Source: a virus (lineage: Duplodnaviria; Caudoviricetes). From it: DNA of 64,000 bases. The stretch spans positions 96,001 through 160,000 of IMG/VR virus record IMGVR_UViG_3300012344_000386. One strand, given 5' to 3'. Below are positions 20,766-32,925 of this stretch, piece after piece (within the stretch, counting starts at the first letter, position 1; the number at the start of each line of letters is the position of its first letter). Under the pieces are notes generated by a model. It ran no database searches. It was not told where the DNA came from and saw only the letters and a list, made by a program, of their open reading frames with translations. The translations under genes and the position numbers were made by a program.

Positions 20766-22189
20766 TATTTAAAATCATTTTCAAGAGATATTCTCAATTC
20801 ACTTAAATCATTAAGATACATGTCCTTAATAGTTGTTTTCTTAATATACTTAAGTTCTTTTTCAATCTCCTTATTCTTCTTAATCAATTCTTTCTTCTCT
20901 TCATCAGTTAACTTAGAAATCTGAATTTGTAATACAGTTTCAGGTAAATTATATTTCTTCAAATCTTCTTTTACATCTTTTCTCTTCCTATTAGAGATAA
21001 CTAATTCACCACTGTTAACTAATTCTATAAATTTACAAATATTATTGTTTTCCTCATAACGTTTTTCCATGACAGAAACTAATCTATCTTTCCTATCATT
21101 ATATTTGTTAAGACGAATATTAACAAAATATTTAATAAGTTCTTCCTTATTGATAAAATGCTTTACTTTCTTATGTTCATCAAGAACATAAAGTAAATCA
21201 TCTGGTACATATGTATATAAACCAATTTTCTTAAAAAGTTTATCTTTACGATCTGGTTTCATTTCACGTTCAAGTTGTTTCTTTGGAAATATTAACCAAT
21301 AATTCAACTTATCGTCCTGTGAATAATTCTTCCAATCCTTAAGATAACCTTTTTCTACCATATCATTAAGTTTCTTTTCAAACTTATCAAATCCCATATC
21401 ATATGGAAGATCTGTTACCTGAAATATATCATTCTTAATATCTACCTTATATACACCTGAATTCAACCATTTACCAGCATCTTTATCAAATGTGAATCTA
21501 TCTTCTTCAATACCTCTAACATAAGGTCTAATAATAGTTTCCTTAATATCACCTGTATTCAATACTTCTGTACATGCGTCGATAATATCAATAGGGTTAT
21601 AAGAAAATGAACTGAATTTATAACCTGGTGCCATACCTTCTGCACGTGCAGTAATAACAGTAGGAATAATAGGCCAATAATTTACTGGTTCAAGATAAGC
21701 ACCTTCATCAAAAACATATTCAAGAAGATCTTCATCTACTTTATAAAGTTTTGCGTATGGAGATAACTTACAATAAAGATAACGTGGAGCTGAAACAGCT
21801 TTTTCATCACGTAACGAACCATGTTGACCAGTTATGGTAATAGGATGCAGGTTATCACGGAACTCTGCAGACATTGTAAACATTGTATTTACCAAACTCG
21901 CGTCACCATGTTGATATAATGTTAAATTATAAACATCGCCAACCAAATTCAAATTCTTGATCTCAGACCCATTTTTCATACCTCCATGGAAAGCAGCATG
22001 CATAATCTTTCTAGCTCCTACTTTAAATCCATCAAGAAGACTCGGTAATGCTCTTGTAGCAATTACATATTTTGTATAATCCTTATAATCTGTATTTAAA
22101 AAATCTGTTATAGTTCTTACTACTTTCTTATTACTATCTTCAATAATATGTGCGTCTAAACCTTTAACTTTCTTTGTTGTTACTTTCAT
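20765..22189 (-). CDS. gp52: Type II DNA topoisomerase, GyrA/T4 gp52-like subunit
   Basis: RALPSLLDGFKVGARK, YQHGDASL, catalytic SAPRY. Confidence 0.95.
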   Translation of the reverse strand: MKVTTKKVKGLDAHIIEDSNKKVVRTITDFLNTDYKDYTKYVIATRALPSLLDGFKVGARKIMHAAFHGGMKNGSEIKNLNLVGDVYNLTLYQHGDASLVNTMFTMSAEFRDNLHPITITGQHGSLRDEKAVSAPRYLYCKLSPYAKLYKVDEDLLEYVFDEGAYLEPVNYWPIIPTVITARAEGMAPGYKFSSFSYNPIDIIDACTEVLNTGDIKETIIRPYVRGIEEDRFTFDKDAGKWLNSGVYKVDIKNDIFQVTDLPYDMGFDKFEKKLNDMVEKGYLKDWKNYSQDDKLNYWLIFPKKQLEREMKPDRKDKLFKKIGLYTYVPDDLLYVLDEHKKVKHFINKEELIKYFVNIRLNKYNDRKDRLVSVMEKRYEENNNICKFIELVNSGELVISNRKRKDVKEDLKKYNLPETVLQIQISKLTDEEKKELIKKNKEIEKELKYIKKTTIKDMYLNDLSELRISLENDFK

Positions 22190-22214
22190 TTATTAAAATT
22201 ATAGTTTCTTATAT

Positions 22215-23387
22215 TTATAATGTATTTTCTAAATATTGTTTTAATTCATCTAAAGAATAAAAAGTTTTATAATTTAAATTATTATCATATGCGGTTTTTA
22301 TTTTTAATGGATCTCTTACAGTCCAAACATCTATTGCTGTATTATAAAATTTTGTATTTTTATTTTTCCATTTATTAAGTTTTTCTATATCATTTAAATC
22401 ATTTTCATTAAATACATGACCACCATGTGTCCAATGATAATTACATTCTATATATAAATTTAATGATTTGACATAAAAGTCACAATAAAATGGATATAAT
22501 TCGGTTTTATATTGAGTTAATACATTATTAATGCCAAATTTATTTTCTAATAAAGTTTTAGATTCATTTTCAGGTTTTGATGTATTAAATGTACCTCTTA
22601 AACGTTTTGTTATATTAGTTTTCTTTTGAATAATATCTCGTTTATTTTCAACTTTATTTTGAATTTCTTCAGACATAAATGGTTTTTCCACTCCATATTT
22701 TTCAATATTTGTTTTTCTTACTTTTTCTGGATTAAATACACCACCATATTTTTTTATTTGTGTATCTATTGTTTTTTGATTTATTTGCTTATTTTGTGCT
22801 GACCATTCAACACCATAACGAATCAAATTTGTTTTCTTTATTTTATCTTTTACAAAATCTAACTACATTATATTATCAACACCATATTTTTCTAATAATG
22901 TTTGTTTACATTTATTTCTATTATTATAATGTGAATCACCATATCTGACAAAAAGAGTCTATTTTGTCTTTTCTCTAATTTCATTCATTTTTAATTTTCG
23001 TTTATCCTATATTCTTTTTATAATATTAGGATCTTTCATATATGAATGATCTATTTTATTTTGAAATTCATCGGTTTTCATATATTCGTATTGACATTTA
23101 CGTGAACATGTTTTCCCATATAACATATTTGAAAGACCATAATATTTTACATATTTTCCACAAATTGGGCATTTAGGTTTTTCTTCTATATTATATTTTA
23201 TTCTATGAAGTATTTCTTTATAACTACAATTATTAGAATCGTTAAATCTATGTAACAAATATTTTTTTATATCATTATTATTTTCAATTATTTTATTGGA
23301 TGATGATCTTATTCTATGTGGCATTGTAGTTGATGTGAAAAATAAAGAAATTATATATTCATCATTTATCTATTGTTTTTCTTCCAT
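22215..23387 (-). CDS. Free-standing homing endonuclease (Zn finger, KYGV repeats, Vsr-like nuclease), TAG-recoded (390 aa)
   Basis: Joins track ORFs 23007..23324 and 22215..22826 via TAG; CPICG..CSRKC, TNIEKYGV, YPFYCDFY..IECNYHWTHG. Confidence 0.8.
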
Positions 23388-23396
23388 AATTTTAAT

Positions 23397-24338
23397 TTAA
23401 TAAAATGTTCCGTTTACATTAACTGACATATCATCGATGTTTATAGATACATATTCTTTCCAAGGACAAATCTTATTTGTTATTTCTTCAGGAATACCTG
23501 AATTTTTAAATATATGATATAAATCCATTTGAGGACCATAATCAGAATATAATTTCCTAATATTCATATGTGTTTTATTTCTTCTAATTTTATTAAATCT
23601 ATTTTTGCCAGAAATATTATGACTATTTGGATTATTAAGAAATTTCTTTGTTTTACGAGGATACTTTCCTTTTTTAAATATATATGAAAGATAATCATTA
23701 TTATAACCAAAATATCGTGGAAACATAAGGCATCTCATTGTTTCCTTATAGAACAATTTCTTTTGAGAAACACTTACTTTATACATATATTTCTGTTTAA
23801 GATATGATCCTAATGCTTGACACATCAATGTTTGATCATTATGATATGACGTCCTCATACTTTGATATTCTTCATTGAATACATCTTTATAAAGCATATC
23901 AGCAGCAATTTTACATGCATCATATAACGTATGAATTGGTTGATGTTGCTCTTTATAATACTTTATTACATCATTAAACCAATCTTTTACACAATATTTA
24001 GGTGCAATAACATGTTTATCTTTTAAATAATCTGAATACTTATCATACATGATTTTATTATAATCAGAAAAACCATAATACCATGCCATAAATTGATCGA
24101 ATTTTAAATTACTATCAATATCTTTTTTACTTAAAATACCGGTATCTATATCATCTTCCCTAATTATAAAATCAATATGTGAAACATTTTTATTAATAAA
24201 ATCAGTTAAAATATTATTTAATATATTAGCTGATTTAGAATTCATACATAACTCTATTAGTTCTATAACTTTATCTTTAGATAAATTATAACCATATAAT
24301 GGTTCTGGAAAACTATTAATTATTTCTTCTTTTGACAT
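23397..24338 (-). CDS. Hypothetical protein
   Basis: Intact 313-aa ORF. Confidence 0.75.
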   Translation of the reverse strand: MSKEEIINSFPEPLYGYNLSKDKVIELIELCMNSKSANILNNILTDFINKNVSHIDFIIREDDIDTGILSKKDIDSNLKFDQFMAWYYGFSDYNKIMYDKYSDYLKDKHVIAPKYCVKDWFNDVIKYYKEQHQPIHTLYDACKIAADMLYKDVFNEEYQSMRTSYHNDQTLMCQALGSYLKQKYMYKVSVSQKKLFYKETMRCLMFPRYFGYNNDYLSYIFKKGKYPRKTKKFLNNPNSHNISGKNRFNKIRRNKTHMNIRKLYSDYGPQMDLYHIFKNSGIPEEITNKICPWKEYVSINIDDMSVNVNGTFY

Positions 24339-24370
24339 AATAATCTTTATATATTAAAACTTTATATTTT

Positions 24371-24871
24371 TTAACATCCACCACTCCAATGATGATATGG
24401 AGAACCATATGTATTACCACATCCTCCTGATGAATAATCATCATAATATTCTCTTGCTGTTTTTGTAACAGTTTTCTTCTTTTCCTTTTGTTTAACTGCC
24501 GTTATTTTTGAAGGAAATAAAGGATCTATAAAAGAATCATCAACATTTTTAAGAATTAAATGTTCTCCTTTATTATCTTGTATTCTAACATAATCATCCA
24601 TATCAATTACCGGTTGTTTTGGTAATATTTTATACATGAGGTCATTCATTATAGTTCGTTTTTCTTCCTCCTTCTTTTGTTTATAATCTTTAAGTTTTTC
24701 TGATAATTCAGAATCATCTATAGAATTAAGAGTATTATCTATATTCTTTATAGCTTCATCTATCTTATTAACAGAATCATAACTTGTAAGTAATTCATTT
24801 CTATTTGCATGGGATGCTATATAATCACCTACATATTTTGTTATTGTATCTATAATATTTTTATAATCCAT
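24371..24871 (-). CDS. Hypothetical protein with Gly/Cys-rich tail
   Basis: Ends SSGGCGNTYGSPYHHWSGGC; directly downstream of the radical SAM gene. Confidence 0.75.
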   Translation of the reverse strand: MDYKNIIDTITKYVGDYIASHANRNELLTSYDSVNKIDEAIKNIDNTLNSIDDSELSEKLKDYKQKKEEEKRTIMNDLMYKILPKQPVIDMDDYVRIQDNKGEHLILKNVDDSFIDPLFPSKITAVKQKEKKKTVTKTAREYYDDYSSGGCGNTYGSPYHHWSGGC

Positions 24872-24889
24872 TTTTATTTTTATTTAATT

Positions 24890-25762
24890 TTATGACCATC
24901 TCTGAACAATTTCACCATTTTCATATATTATACAAAAGAAATATTTCTTTGAAAATAATGGTCTTATTAGTATTTTCAATAAATCATTTATTGATGCATG
25001 TTGTTTATGTGTTTTATAAAAACAACATCTTTTTATTGTAAAATCTGAATTTGATTTATATCCTAAATATGGTGATAAATCAAAATGTTTATTACTACAA
25101 CCATAAGCGAATGGTTTAGGTAATTTAAATCCAAATATATCCTCTAATGAAACATAAAGTTCATCATGTTCAAACATTTCTGCTAACTTAAAATGAGAAT
25201 ACCCTAATTTTTCAAAATGTTTAATATTATCAATAAAATCTTCTTTTGAATCTAAATATCCTTTAATAGCATTTAGTGTTAATGAAACTTTATTCTTATA
25301 TGGAATTTCTTCAAATAATCTATCTCTATTATAAAGTGAAACACTATGTCTTATTTTGTCACCAACTTCTTGATCGTAATGTTGTGGTGATATGATTAAA
25401 TGATCTATCACTTTTATAATTTCAAAGAATGTTTCCTTTTCTGTCCAGCATGGTATAGGCATTGATGTAATTACAGTAACCGGTAATTTAGCAAATCTTT
25501 TTATATTCTTTACCAACTTAAGTAAGTCTTCTATATAAAGCATAGGTTCACCACCAGACACAGTAATTTCATCAATTTTATCTTTTATATTTAAAACAGA
25601 TAAAAATATCTTATCAATATCTGGTTTTGAATTTCCAACGCCTTTATTAAATGCATCTATACAAAATGGACATTTATTTGAACAATTCTTTGTAAAATGT
25701 ATTTGTGCTTCATTTAATATTTGATCACAAATATTATTATTTAATTTAAATAATTTTTTCAT
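24890..25762 (-). CDS. Radical SAM protein
   Basis: CxxxCxxC (CSNKCPFC) and SGGEP motifs. Confidence 0.9.
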   Translation of the reverse strand: MKKLFKLNNNICDQILNEAQIHFTKNCSNKCPFCIDAFNKGVGNSKPDIDKIFLSVLNIKDKIDEITVSGGEPMLYIEDLLKLVKNIKRFAKLPVTVITSMPIPCWTEKETFFEIIKVIDHLIISPQHYDQEVGDKIRHSVSLYNRDRLFEEIPYKNKVSLTLNAIKGYLDSKEDFIDNIKHFEKLGYSHFKLAEMFEHDELYVSLEDIFGFKLPKPFAYGCSNKHFDLSPYLGYKSNSDFTIKRCCFYKTHKQHASINDLLKILIRPLFSKKYFFCIIYENGEIVQRWS

Positions 25763-25806
25763 AATTCATCTTTGACCATAACTAACTATTATTTTTAATT
25801 TATATA

Positions 25807-25814
25807 CAAAAATA
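25807..25814 (-). promoter_or_regulatory. Early promoter TATTTTTG
   Basis: TAnnTTTG variant in TGTATTTTTGTAT context. Confidence 0.6.
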
Positions 25815-25893
25815 CATTTATTTTATTAATTAGGAAACATAAAGTCTTTACTATTAAAACAAATAAATATAAAAAGTTTTAATATTAAACACA

Positions 25894-27354
25894 ATGTCAT
25901 TATATAAAGAATTAATGAATGGTATATCATATAGTTTAAAGAAATCATTAAATGAAATGGCAAAACGTATTGACCATAGAACATTAGATAGGAAATTATG
26001 GTTAAGTGTTGCGTCAGTTTGTTCAAGAAATAAAGCAACTGAATGTGAGTTGGTAAAACCTATGAAGAAACTTACTAAGGATGATTTACTTAACAGATAT
26101 GTTGCAGCTTTAATTATTATGAAAAAACCATGTCCAAAAAGTGAAAGGGATATAGATAAAATTAAAGTATTCAAATTATTTGGACACAGAATATTAGATT
26201 TGGGTGGAACTATAGAAGAAATTCAATAGCTATATAATATTAATATGGGTATTTCATCTGAACCTGTACAAAAACAACCAGTTTCTAGAAAAACACGTGT
26301 AACTGAACCTGTAATTTCAACTCCTAATGTTTCAAAACCACGTGCTAAACGTTCACCTATTAATAAAAAATATATTACAATACTAGATTCACTTATACAA
26401 CATATACCTGTATCATTATATGATAGCAATGATTTAAAAACCAGTTTTGTTGGTAGTTATAACAAAGCATTTGATAAATGTGAAGTAGATATTGAAAAAT
26501 ATGTAAATAGTTTAGTTAGAAAATCTGGATAGAACTTTGATAAACTTATCAGTTTACTTCAAAATGATATTGTTAATTTTAATAAATTATTTAAAAGTAC
26601 AAATGATGTATTATTTGAAATTTATGAAAATGTAGGCACTAGAAAAAGAGGTTGGGATACATTTTATCAATATTTAACTATTGATATAAAGGAAAATTCA
26701 TATGATTGTTTTATTCATAATGAAGCTGCGTCATTCGCACCAGATGCAAGACGACGTGATTTCAATGAAAAATTTGATGGAAATAATTTATTTAAATATA
26801 ATTTCACTGCATGTAGATATTTTGAAAATAAACCTAATATGATAAAATTATTTTCAAAAGGAGTATTTTTATATATTGTTAAACCTTATGTTAAATATAA
26901 ACAAACAGGAGATGAATCTGGAAATGCAGAACATAGTGAAGAAACATTAATTAAATATAATATGGATAATAATCCTTCTAATTATTTTGAATGGGTAAAA
27001 GAAAATATTAAGCAAATATTAAAGAATAATCCTGATAAATTAATTAATGTTAATTATAATGATTGGAGTGGAGCTATTAAATCATTATATTATAATACCG
27101 ATGTGCGTAAATTTATTATACAATGTTATTTACAGTCTGGAAGTTCAGATATGAATAAATCTGATGTATTAATTAATTTAACAAAACTTTCACCATCTGA
27201 TACATATAGGAACAAATATATATCTAATAATGGATATACATATAGAGATTCAGACGATGCAGTTTATACATGTGTTGTTAAAGATTTAAATGCTTTTGGA
27301 GAAAAATTGTTTAATATTATCAAAGAAGATATTATAAAAGGTAAATTAATTTAA
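25894..27354 (+). CDS. Hypothetical late protein, TAG-recoded (486 aa)
   Basis: Track ORFs 25894, 26245 and 26839 are one frame separated by TAG; leader MSLYKELMNGISYSLKKSLNE; AATAAATA at 25862-25869. Confidence 0.8.
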
Positions 27355-27393
27355 TATATAAAAAGGAAGATACTTATTATTGTATCTTCCTTT

Positions 27394-27948
27394 TTATTCT
27401 TTATAAAATAATCCTTGTCTATTAAATGTATCTATTTCATTTTCAATATCCATCTTTGCACCCAATTGCATTATCCATTCATTTAATGGTATATTATCTT
27501 TCAATAATTGATTTATATTACTATAAAATCTCTCACCATTTATATTAATTTGTTTTTGTGTATAATTATCTATACCATTATCATTTGCTTCATTTGTATT
27601 AGAAATAAACATAGATGTTGAGAATGTATTATGTAAGTTATTATTAATTACAAAATCTGATGCATAACACCAACAGCATATTATATTTTTTGCATGAACT
27701 AAATTTACATTAAATTCATGTAATAAATATTTTTCTTTATTAAAATTTGGAAATAATAAACCTTTTGCTGTACCATGTCCCAAAAATAATATAGTATCAT
27801 CTTCTGATATAATTGCATTATTAACTATATCTTCATAACCATCTATATCTGGTGTTATTTCTATAAGATGTATATTATCTAATCCTTGCCATGCATTTCT
27901 AATAACTTGACAATCTGGATCTAACATATTTGAAAATATAATAGTCAT
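27394..27948 (-). CDS. Hypothetical protein, possible caspase-hemoglobinase-fold peptidase
   Basis: ILFLGHG and IICCWCYA resemble a His-Gly/Cys dyad. Confidence 0.5.
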   Translation of the reverse strand: MTIIFSNMLDPDCQVIRNAWQGLDNIHLIEITPDIDGYEDIVNNAIISEDDTILFLGHGTAKGLLFPNFNKEKYLLHEFNVNLVHAKNIICCWCYASDFVINNNLHNTFSTSMFISNTNEANDNGIDNYTQKQININGERFYSNINQLLKDNIPLNEWIMQLGAKMDIENEIDTFNRQGLFYKE

Positions 27949-27967
27949 AATTTATTCATTTTAATAA

Positions 27968-28846
27968 TTAATCATATATTTCATGTTTATACGCAGATAA
28001 TGTATTTTGCATAAGCATTGCAATCGTCATAGGTCCGACTCCTCCAGGTACAGGTGTAATATAACTACATAACGGTGCAACTTCATTATATTTTACATCT
28101 CCACATAATCTAAATCCTGACTTTTTTGTATTATCAGGAATTCGTGTTGTACCAACATCAATAACAACTGCATTTTCTTTTATCATATCTGCAGTTACAA
28201 ATTCAGGTTTACCAAGAGCTACAATTAATATATCTGCATGTTTTGTTATTTCCTTTAAATTCTCAGTATGTGAATGGCATACTGTTACTGTTGAATCTCC
28301 ATATTGTTTTTGAACCATCAATGTAGACATAGGTTTACCAACAATATTACTACGTCCAATAATAACACAATGTTTTCCTTTTGTTTCAATATTATATCTT
28401 TTCAATAATTCAAAAATACCTTTTGGCGTAGCTGATATATAACAAGGTAAACCTATATTTAATCGTCCTACATTAATTGGATGAAAACCATCTACATCCT
28501 TTTTATAATCAATTGTTTCAATTATTTTTTGTTCATTAATATGTTTAGGTAATGGAAGTTGAACTATAAAACCATCTACATTCGGATTATTATTTAATAA
28601 TATAATTTTATTAATTAAATCTTCTTCTGATATATTATCTTCATATTGGTATACTGTACTTTTAAATCCACATGCTTCACAAGCTTTAACTTTATTTCGT
28701 ACATATGTTTCAGATCCTCCATCATGACCTACTATTATTGCTACAAGATGTGGTTGTCGTCCTCCTTTATTTATAATATTATCAACTTCATTTTTTATTT
28801 CTTCTTTAATTTGAGTTGATATTAATTTCCCATCTATAATATTCAT
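27968..28846 (-). CDS. folD: Methylenetetrahydrofolate dehydrogenase/cyclohydrolase
   Basis: [39 protein letters not shown]. Confidence 0.97.
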   Translation of the reverse strand: MNIIDGKLISTQIKEEIKNEVDNIINKGGRQPHLVAIIVGHDGGSETYVRNKVKACEACGFKSTVYQYEDNISEEDLINKIILLNNNPNVDGFIVQLPLPKHINEQKIIETIDYKKDVDGFHPINVGRLNIGLPCYISATPKGIFELLKRYNIETKGKHCVIIGRSNIVGKPMSTLMVQKQYGDSTVTVCHSHTENLKEITKHADILIVALGKPEFVTADMIKENAVVIDVGTTRIPDNTKKSGFRLCGDVKYNEVAPLCSYITPVPGGVGPMTIAMLMQNTLSAYKHEIYD

Positions 28847-29787
28847 TTTTCTAAATTATTTTTATTTCGTTCTAATGGTGAAAATAAAGTTAAAAATGTT
28901 ATAGATTCTGGATCATACATATCTTTTATTGCTGTCGCCGAATCAGATATGGTTTTACCCGATGTGACTGTATCATCTATAACCAGTATTTTCTTACCAT
29001 TTAAATACTTACCATATGTTATTTCATCTTTATACAATTTATTAATGCCTAATGATTTTATAATACATTTTCGTAATTCTTGTTGGGGTATAAATTTATA
29101 AGAAAAAATACCATCATTACCTTTGTTTTCTTTAGGTTTCATCATATTAGAAATTGCTTCATATAATAAATCATGTATATGTTCCTGCTCATCTTCATTA
29201 TAATGTGTTTCTAGATAATTAGTATCAAGAAAATTTTCATACACATCATTAGCACCATATTTATAAAAGAAATCCTCATATGATGTTTCATGATTTATAA
29301 GTCTCCTTATTCTATATAAAACTTCGGTATTTAATTTATTAGAAGATGGTGTGGTAATAATAACATCAAAATTTTCTTTAAGCTCTTTTGTTACTGAAAC
29401 AAATCTACGTAATAATGCAAATATGTCATATGATGGATTTTTAAATTTCCATCCTCTTATATCTTTAAGTGCATATATAACAGGATTTCCATCATGTTTA
29501 TCTTCAGTTTCTTTACGTTTAAATATTGAAATTACCTTATAACCTTCTACTTCATTATATATAGGTTTTGGATTCCATGGATCATTTGTATCTACATAAT
29601 TCTGATGATTTGGATTAAATGATACAAGTCGTTTTCTTTGATCTATATCTATTCCTTCAAATATATTATCTATACAATTATTTATAGATATTAATATATT
29701 TGATTCATTAATATCACTAATATTATATTTCTTTAATATATCTTTAACGGATTCCGATATATTTTCTTTTAATAATTCTTTATTCAT
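28843..29787 (-). CDS. Phosphoribosyltransferase-domain protein
   Basis: PRPP-binding loop [14 protein letters not shown]; TTPSS motif. Confidence 0.8.
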   Translation of the reverse strand: MNKELLKENISESVKDILKKYNISDINESNILISINNCIDNIFEGIDIDQRKRLVSFNPNHQNYVDTNDPWNPKPIYNEVEGYKVISIFKRKETEDKHDGNPVIYALKDIRGWKFKNPSYDIFALLRRFVSVTKELKENFDVIITTPSSNKLNTEVLYRIRRLINHETSYEDFFYKYGANDVYENFLDTNYLETHYNEDEQEHIHDLLYEAISNMMKPKENKGNDGIFSYKFIPQQELRKCIIKSLGINKLYKDEITYGKYLNGKKILVIDDTVTSGKTISDSATAIKDMYDPESITFLTLFSPLERNKNNLEK

Positions 29788-29820
29788 AATTTATTTTTTA
29801 TTTAATTTTATATATTATCA

Positions 29821-29828
29821 CAAAGATA
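29821..29828 (-). promoter_or_regulatory. Early promoter TATCTTTG
   Basis: TAnnTTTG, 34 nt upstream of ATG 29787. Confidence 0.75.
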
Positions 29829-29893
29829 CACACATTATTATATAATAAAAAATTCCATATGTTTAAAATTTATTAACATATGGAATTATATAA

Positions 29894-31798
29894 TTAAACT
29901 TCATTCTTAAGTAATGATTTTCTCTCTTTTGCAATACCCTTTCCAAACCATGTTTTAATAGTCATATCAGAAAGTTCATCTTTCTTAAAGAAATGAAGAA
30001 CAGAATTTCTCATCATATCCTTATAATCTTCATTCGTACTTGAACCAAGACCTTTTAAATATGTTATCTTGTATCCTTTCAATGAATTTTCTTTCTTCCT
30101 AAATTCATCCATCGTATAAAATTTCTGAACATCGTTTCCTTTAACAGCTTTAATAATAGGTGTAATACATCTACAAATTAAACCTGCATCATAAAGTTCT
30201 GGCCATAAATTAAAGAATGTTAAAAGAAGACCTGCGATTTTACTACCATCAAAATCAGCATCTGTTGCTATAACCAATTTACTGAAATTCAATTTCTTCA
30301 CATCTACAGGTTCACCCCATTGTAAACCGATGATATTAAATAAATCAGACAACTCTTTATTTGCCATAATCTTTGTTGGAGCAAGTCCCATTACATTAAG
30401 AATTACTCCTCGTAACATATATGCTGCTTGTGTTTGTGGGTCTCTTGCTGCTCTAAATCCTGCGCGTGCAGAATCACCCTCGAATATCCAAAGCTCTCTA
30501 TCAGCTGATCTTTTAGAATTTGCATCAATGAATTTATCATTATTACGAATTTTCGCTTTAGCTTGTCTATTAAGTTTTCTTAATGTTTTTTGATCCTCTA
30601 CTTCACATTTTTGTTTATACCAATCTATTACAATATCTACAATCTCTGATTTCAAAACAGACTTAATAAATGAATCTGGTACCTTAAATGTATACTTATT
30701 ATCATTTGAAAATCTTTCAACTACTGTTGTCAAACATTCCTTTGTCTGTGAATCATAAGACGGATTATTAACATGGAATGTACAGAACATTGAATATTTT
30801 CCATCTACATTCTTTGGTGTAATATCAATTTTTTCTTTTGATAAAAGATATGCAGATACAGCAGAATTAATTTCATTTCTAACCGCTTTGATATGTGTTC
30901 CTCTTGAGCATTCAGCACCATTCACAAATCCAACATTAATACCATTATCAGGAAATACCCAAACTTGCATGATAGAATCAGAAAACTTCAACATTTGTTC
31001 TGTATCTACATAATCAGAAAATAAATCAATATACTCATCAAATGCACGAAAATGCCATTCAGATTCTCTAACAACATCATTACCATTTGTATATTTAAAA
31101 TGAACAGTTAAACCTATATTAGCGGCAGCTGCATCAATACAACGTTTTTCTATAATATTAATAAAATCTTCCGAGAACTCATTACCACATTCAAATCTGG
31201 AAAAATCAACGTCAAATGTACTTTCTGTAAAATGATCTTTCGTGGTCTTAACTTGTAAATCATCATTCATTTCTCGCATGTTATTCTTCCATGATCTATA
31301 ATATGAATGTTTCTTATCTGCTGTATATATAGAAAAAAACGTAGAGAATATATTACAAATTTTACTACCAAGACCGTTTGTACCTATTACATCTCTATCT
31401 TCTGAATCATCAAAATTACTACTTGTCCTTAGTTGTGAGAATATAAATTCAGGAATATAAATTCCTGCTTCCTTATGTTTAACAACAGGAATACCACCAT
31501 TATCTCTTACGATTACTCGTCCATGCTTATCAATGGTAACAGACATTTCTGTCAATCCCATATTATCTATTCTTCTATACTCATCACATGAATTTGATAT
31601 AATCTCATCCAACATCTTTAACAATGCTGGTGTATATTCAACATCAACTAATTTCATCTTTGCATCATCTGATGAATATAAAAACATTTGCTTATTCTCA
31701 TTCTTTACGGAACCTATATACATACCTGATCTATTCAAGATATGATCTAATTCCGACATACTTTGATACTTACTTTCTAAACTCTTCTTGCTTACCAT
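29894..31798 (-). CDS. gp39: Type II DNA topoisomerase, GyrB/T4 gp39+60-like subunit
   Basis: GHKL motifs EIISNSCDE, DNGGIP, GTNGLGSK; TOPRIM EGDSA, TDADFDG; YLKGLGS. Confidence 0.95.
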   Translation of the reverse strand: MVSKKSLESKYQSMSELDHILNRSGMYIGSVKNENKQMFLYSSDDAKMKLVDVEYTPALLKMLDEIISNSCDEYRRIDNMGLTEMSVTIDKHGRVIVRDNGGIPVVKHKEAGIYIPEFIFSQLRTSSNFDDSEDRDVIGTNGLGSKICNIFSTFFSIYTADKKHSYYRSWKNNMREMNDDLQVKTTKDHFTESTFDVDFSRFECGNEFSEDFINIIEKRCIDAAAANIGLTVHFKYTNGNDVVRESEWHFRAFDEYIDLFSDYVDTEQMLKFSDSIMQVWVFPDNGINVGFVNGAECSRGTHIKAVRNEINSAVSAYLLSKEKIDITPKNVDGKYSMFCTFHVNNPSYDSQTKECLTTVVERFSNDNKYTFKVPDSFIKSVLKSEIVDIVIDWYKQKCEVEDQKTLRKLNRQAKAKIRNNDKFIDANSKRSADRELWIFEGDSARAGFRAARDPQTQAAYMLRGVILNVMGLAPTKIMANKELSDLFNIIGLQWGEPVDVKKLNFSKLVIATDADFDGSKIAGLLLTFFNLWPELYDAGLICRCITPIIKAVKGNDVQKFYTMDEFRKKENSLKGYKITYLKGLGSSTNEDYKDMMRNSVLHFFKKDELSDMTIKTWFGKGIAKERKSLLKNEV

Positions 31799-31866
31799 AA
31801 ATCTTATTTAATCGAAAAAATCTTTTTATTATATATCTAAAAATGTTAAAAAGTTATTTTTTACAC

Positions 31867-32117
31867 TTATTTTTTATCTATAACATTAGATACCGACATT
31901 TTACATAATACTGTATTAATTAATGTTTCTTTATCAGGTATCAGATAATTTAATATATCATAATTAAACTCACTTAAATCTAAATTATTAATATTATTAC
32001 GTATATATATATTATATCTATATCATTATCAGTTTGTAATGTACCTATTGATTCTTCTATTGCCTACTTTACACTTATTGATATATCTTTAATTAATTCT
32101 TTATATAATCTTTCCAT
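31867..32117 (-). pseudogene. Small late gene apparently frameshifted in a (TA)n run
   Basis: MERLYKELIKDISISVKQAIEES leader; stops at 31974 as written; removing one TA from 32002-32012 opens it to TAA 31867. Confidence 0.45.
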
Positions 32118-32189
32118 ATTAATTAAAATATTTTCTTATTTATTAACTTATATTTGTAGTTTATATTTTTTTATTATAATTATTTTATG

Positions 32190-32197
32190 TATCTTTG
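32190..32197 (+). promoter_or_regulatory. Early promoter TATCTTTG
   Basis: TAnnTTTG upstream of three secreted-protein genes. Confidence 0.75.
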
Positions 32198-32250
32198 TAT
32201 TAGTTTAAATTAAATAAAGTATTATTAATTTTTTAAAAAACTTATACGTT

Positions 32251-32925
32251 ATGAAGAAATTTATTTTTATGATTATCGCAATGTTTGCGATTACGGTTAC
32301 AAGTTATGCAAGTAAAAAGGATACTACAGAGATTCATAATCTCCGTGTAGAGAATCAAAAGTTGCAACAGTATATTAATGAATATGGTCCAAAAAATGAT
32401 GGATATTCATTTGATGATATATCACCAGTAATGGAATATGCATTGGAAACTGGTACAGGCGAAATCCGTGCTTATGGTATTGGTGAATCAAAGAACCAAA
32501 TGTTTGCACTTAACAAGGCAAAGGCTGCGGCATCTGCAAGTATTCGTCAAAAGATGGAACTTTATATTCGCTATGGCATTGATCAATATAATGATGAATT
32601 GGAAACAGATGAAGGATCAACTATCAGTAATAAATCTCGTGAGCATATCGTAACTGCATGTAAGGGAATCACTGAAGGTATTTCTGTTGTTAAAGTAGCA
32701 AAATATTATAATCGTTATAAGAATATGTATCGATTTGAAGTTTGTGTAAAGTATGATAAGGAGAATATTATTGATACAATGAAGAAGCAAGATCGTACGA
32801 TTCTTAAGAAAGAAAAAGAATTTGAACGTGATATGATGGAAGCATGGGATGAACTTGATAGTTATCAAGCTGATAAAAAGAGAAAAGCATCTGATGATAA
32901 TGAATCTGTCTCATCAGAAGATTAA
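32251..32925 (+). CDS. Secreted protein with LPP20-like domain
   Basis: Signal peptide; RAYGIGESKNQMFALNKAKAAA..IRQK pattern. Confidence 0.7.
   Translation: MKKFIFMIIAMFAITVTSYASKKDTTEIHNLRVENQKLQQYINEYGPKNDGYSFDDISPVMEYALETGTGEIRAYGIGESKNQMFALNKAKAAASASIRQKMELYIRYGIDQYNDELETDEGSTISNKSREHIVTACKGITEGISVVKVAKYYNRYKNMYRFEVCVKYDKENIIDTMKKQDRTILKKEKEFERDMMEAWDELDSYQADKKRKASDDNESVSSED

Noticed and set aside
20765-31798. Separation of the two topoisomerase subunit genes as a novelty
   Set aside because: T4-like phages normally encode gp39/60 and gp52 apart.
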